A stretch of DNA of 64,000 nucleotides from Cyanophora paradoxa CCMP329 (taxonomy: Eukaryota; Plantae; Glaucophyta): the NCBI GenBank assembly GCA_004431415.1, contig QPMI01000482.1:434001-498000 (forward strand), written 5' to 3'. A program made the translations under genes and the position numbers. Under the pieces are notes generated by a model that worked only from the letters and a program-made list of their open reading frames with translations, was not told the DNA's origin and did no database searches. Below are positions 60,668 through 64,000 of the stretch, piece after piece (the first letter of the stretch is position 1; each line of letters starts with the position of its first letter).

Positions 60668-61542
60668 CAGTCCGTTCGACCTGCACGAACGCGTCGCGCC
60701 GCCTCGAGTGAAATCGATCGGCCGGGATGGGTTCGAGCTGACCCAAACGCAGATCCTCGAGTCCACGGGTCCCTTCAGCTCGAGGCAAGGGCCGGCAGTG
60801 TCACCGCATAGGAACTAGTGCTCTGAGCAGAACCCAGTCAGACCCGTCAGCGCGATCCCCCCGGAGCACGCAGGCGATTCCTGGCTAACGTCGCTTAGCG
60901 TCACCCGGTCAAGACAACAGGCGACGGCTGGGTTGATGTTCTTAAAAAGCTATCCTTCTCAAAGTGTCGTTTGCGGGCGCGCACGCACCGGTACCGCGGA
61001 AGTGGCGACGGCCGCCTCCGGCCGCGAGAACTCCGTGTGCAACGAGCTCCTCGAGCGCTGCTCGTCTACGCGCGCATTCTCTGGGTCACTCAGCTGTGTC
61101 AACCCGACGACTCGGCGACGAGCTGTTGGAATTCGTATACCCCACACATGTCAGCGCGTGGGCTGCGCGTCGCTGCGCGTGACTGCTGCGCATTTCGGCG
61201 CGCGCGGTGCCATACTTACTGTTGCCGTGCCCATGCATATGACGGCGGCACGACGGCTCAGTGGCTAGCGCTAGCGCTGCCCGGCGCCCGGATCCCGGAC
61301 GTATACGTACCGGTACCGTCGACGTCCGACGGTCGACGTCAAACGTTAACACTTTCTCATGATCATCGGAATATCGAAATATCGATCGCTCGCCTCGGAG
61401 CCTTTCGACACTTTTCTTCGAGCCTCGGAGCGCTAGCAAGCTTAAGATCGAGAATTCAATCTGATTATTCATGTTCAAAAAATCAAAGAAGGGCGCCGGC
61501 GTGCAGACTACGCGGATTCCGGAGATGTAGAGGCTACGGAGG

Positions 61543-64000
61543 CTACGAAGGCGCCCCTGAAGACTGCGCGATGATCGCCCGGTTCATCTCATCCTTCAGG
61601 ATCCACGCCGCCTCCTTCTTGTGGGCCCGATACAGGAGCCGAAGCGTGCTCCCGACGAGCTGGGGCAGAAGCGTCAGCGCTGCAGGGGCGGCTAAAGAGC
61701 TCGGAGGAGTGCCAGCGGCGCACCTGGACGGAGTTTTCCTCCCAGTACTCCTCTCCGTAGTCCACCAGGAGCTGCCGCAAGGTCGCAACGGAGGCTCAAG
61801 GTTTCGGGAGGGCGTCTAACGGGTCGGACCTGCTCGCCAGGCGCGATGTCCCGGCTTGCAATGTACCTTCCGAAAGCGAAAGAGGGAGGGACGGGGTGAG
61901 GGGGGTGCGCTGTTGAGGGGCACTGGGCGCACAGGACCATGGGGCACTGGTCGTAGAGGACCTCGAGGGCCTCGGCGTTCGGCTCCCTGCAGGCGCATTT
62001 CAGGAGAGGCGAGGGCAGGGCGGGCACTCCTCAGCGCCCAGCGCACCGCTTGTTCTGCCCGGTGCAGCCCCTGTGGCGCGGAGGCAGCCCATCAGGGGGC
62101 GGGGGGGGATGAGGGGGCAGGGGGTACCGGTAATCGTTCACGAGGGCGAGGAGCCCGCGCTTCTCGAAGGAGTCTATGTACAGTCCGGCCTTGACCTTTG
62201 GCTGAGCGGCGGCCGCGCCCCGCTTCGAGCTCTCCGGCTTGCCGTTCGAGATGACGATGCTCATGCCGTACCTGCAGGGGAGTGAGGGGCGCGGCGGGGC
62301 GAGGGCGCGGGGCGGGCCCAGGGCCCCCCAAGCAGCTCACCTCGCCCGCCTGTGCTTCCTCAGCACCTCCTCTTCATCATCCTCCAACAGCCGTTCCAGC
62401 CCGTCGAGCCTGCCGCCCGCCCCTGGCCTCAGGAAGCGAACTGTACGCGAGCCGGGCACCGGGCGCGGCCCCGCCGCACCGGAGTACTCCCCAGTAGGCC
62501 CCAAGCACTTCACCCTTCCGGATGCCCACGCCGCCCCGCTCCGCCGGCCTGGCGAAGAGGCCGAAGCTCGCCTGGAGGGGGTCGTAGGCCGGGTCCAGCG
62601 TGTCCCGGATGCGCCCGATCTGAGGCGAGGGCCGTCGAGTGAGCCGTCGCGGGGCGCCGCAGGGACAGGCTCGGGGGGGCACCAGGATCTGGGCGTGCTC
62701 CACAAAACCCCGCCGCTTGAACGCCCTGTGCGGCGCTCAGGCGCCGGCCGGCGAGCTCGGGCGTGCGGGGCGCTCACTCGAGGGCCTCCTCGAGGGACGC
62801 GCGCGAGTCGTGGCCGATGTCCCGCAGGAACTGCCCCGCCCCCCAGGCCCCGTCAGGCGCGAGCCGGCACGGGAGCAGTTGCGGTGGCCCCTCGCACCTG
62901 GGCACTTCGTTTGGGGAACCAGAACTTGCCGCGCTGCGGGCCACTGCCGGAGTGGGCCAGAGCGGCCACCTGCCTCTTCACCTCCTCATCGACTGCCGGG
63001 CCGGCCGTCGGCAGCTGCGGCATAGCGCGAAAACGTCAGGCCCGCTATCCTCTTCGAGGCGGCGTTCGACGCGATGACAAGCAGGCACACCTTCGGGTTT
63101 CTCGGGTCGACCTTCAGCTGCTTCACTGCGACCTGCGTGACTTTGCAGCCCAGGCCCCGCGCCGCCGCCGCCTCGACCGCGTCCCAACCGCACGACTCGA
63201 ACGGCGTGCCGGCGGCGTCGCCCTGGGACCAGCCGAGAATTTCGGGGTCAACGAGGAACCGCCTCGCCAGCGCCTGGTGCCAGGCAGCGGGCTGCTCCTG
63301 CCCTTGCGGAGGCGTGGAGGAGGAGAAGGAGGCGGCGGTGGCGGGGGCGGAGACGGGGCCCGAGCCGCCGGCCCTAAGCGCCGCTGCCACGCACTTGGAG
63401 GCGAGCGGCCGGAACGCTTGCGAGGCGGCCTCGCCCTCCGAAGGGAGTCTCCCGATCTTTGTTGCGAGCATCGAGGGCGGACGAGGCGGGTCGTGCAACG
63501 CGCAGGAGCCCTGCTGCCGCGCCGACGACGACTTGATGGGGCCGTGACGCGTCGGGCCCGGCGCCGGCCCCGAAGACGAGGAGCCCGCCGAGGAGCTCGG
63601 CGAAACCGCCCGCTGCTGCGGCTTCTTGTGCCGCTTCGTTTCGCAGTAGTTGACCTCCCTCGTCGCTGCTGTCCGCTTCGGGCGCGCCGGCGGCGCTGCC
63701 GGGCCCCCGGCGGCGCCGCCAGCTGCAGACGGCGACCGGCCCGGCGGCGGCGGCGCCCCCGCCTGGCGAGGCAGCTTCGCTGGCTTCCCCGCGTCGCTTG
63801 CCGGCTCCCGGCGGGGCGCCGAGGGCCGGGGCGCCGCCGGAGCCGGGCCGCCGGCTTCGTCGTCACTGTCATCGAGGACGATGATATCCGGTGGCGCCCG
63901 CTGCTGCTGCTGCGGCGGCGGCGGCGGCACCGCCGCCGGCTCCTCCTCCTCCTCCTCCTCCTCCTCCTCCTCCTGCTCCTCCTGCTCCTCCTCGCTGCTG
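61543..64000 (-). CDS. Atypical SET-domain protein (paralog B), 5' part outside the window
   Basis: FGLFARP..IRKGEVLGAYWGVL, LLALVNDYR, EPNAEALEV, YIASRDIAPGEQLLVDYGEEYW; similar exon layout to paralog A. Confidence 0.85.
62548..62861. repeat. Near-identical segment shared by the SET paralogs (copy B)
   Basis: Aligns with 57341-57656. Confidence 0.9.

Overview
Gene-dense, very GC-rich eukaryotic nuclear DNA with many short (mostly about 55-100 nt) spliceosomal introns and several micro-exons. Most ORFs in the supplied track are GC-driven noise or intron read-through, so genes were rebuilt by hand from splice signals and recognisable protein motifs. A nuclear phycobiliprotein lyase, a CCT protein and the intron-rich high-GC structure point to a glaucophyte alga such as Cyanophora (inference). 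About 17 genes are supported: HGD, URB2, a CCT protein, an RRM-like protein, an importin-alpha-like ARM/zinc-finger/RING fusion, a small Zn-ribbon protein, a CpcV-like bilin lyase, a DUF4211 protein, a single-pass receptor with a SARM1-type TIR domain, meiotic HOP1/ASY1, a small acidic protein, LSM14/Scd6, a tandem-receiver/SNF1-like kinase fusion that appears truncated, two paralogous atypical SET-domain genes, and three unknown proteins. The most striking item is at 36952-40347: signal peptide, two copies of an unrecognised 6-Cys ectodomain, one transmembrane helix, a P/Q/Y-rich linker and a SARM1-like TIR domain retaining the catalytic Glu. This is a candidate cell-surface receptor NADase. 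No rRNA, tRNA, CRISPR array or transposase was recognised. Several single-base frameshifts in G/C runs look like assembly errors. Family assignments come from remembered motifs, not from database searches.
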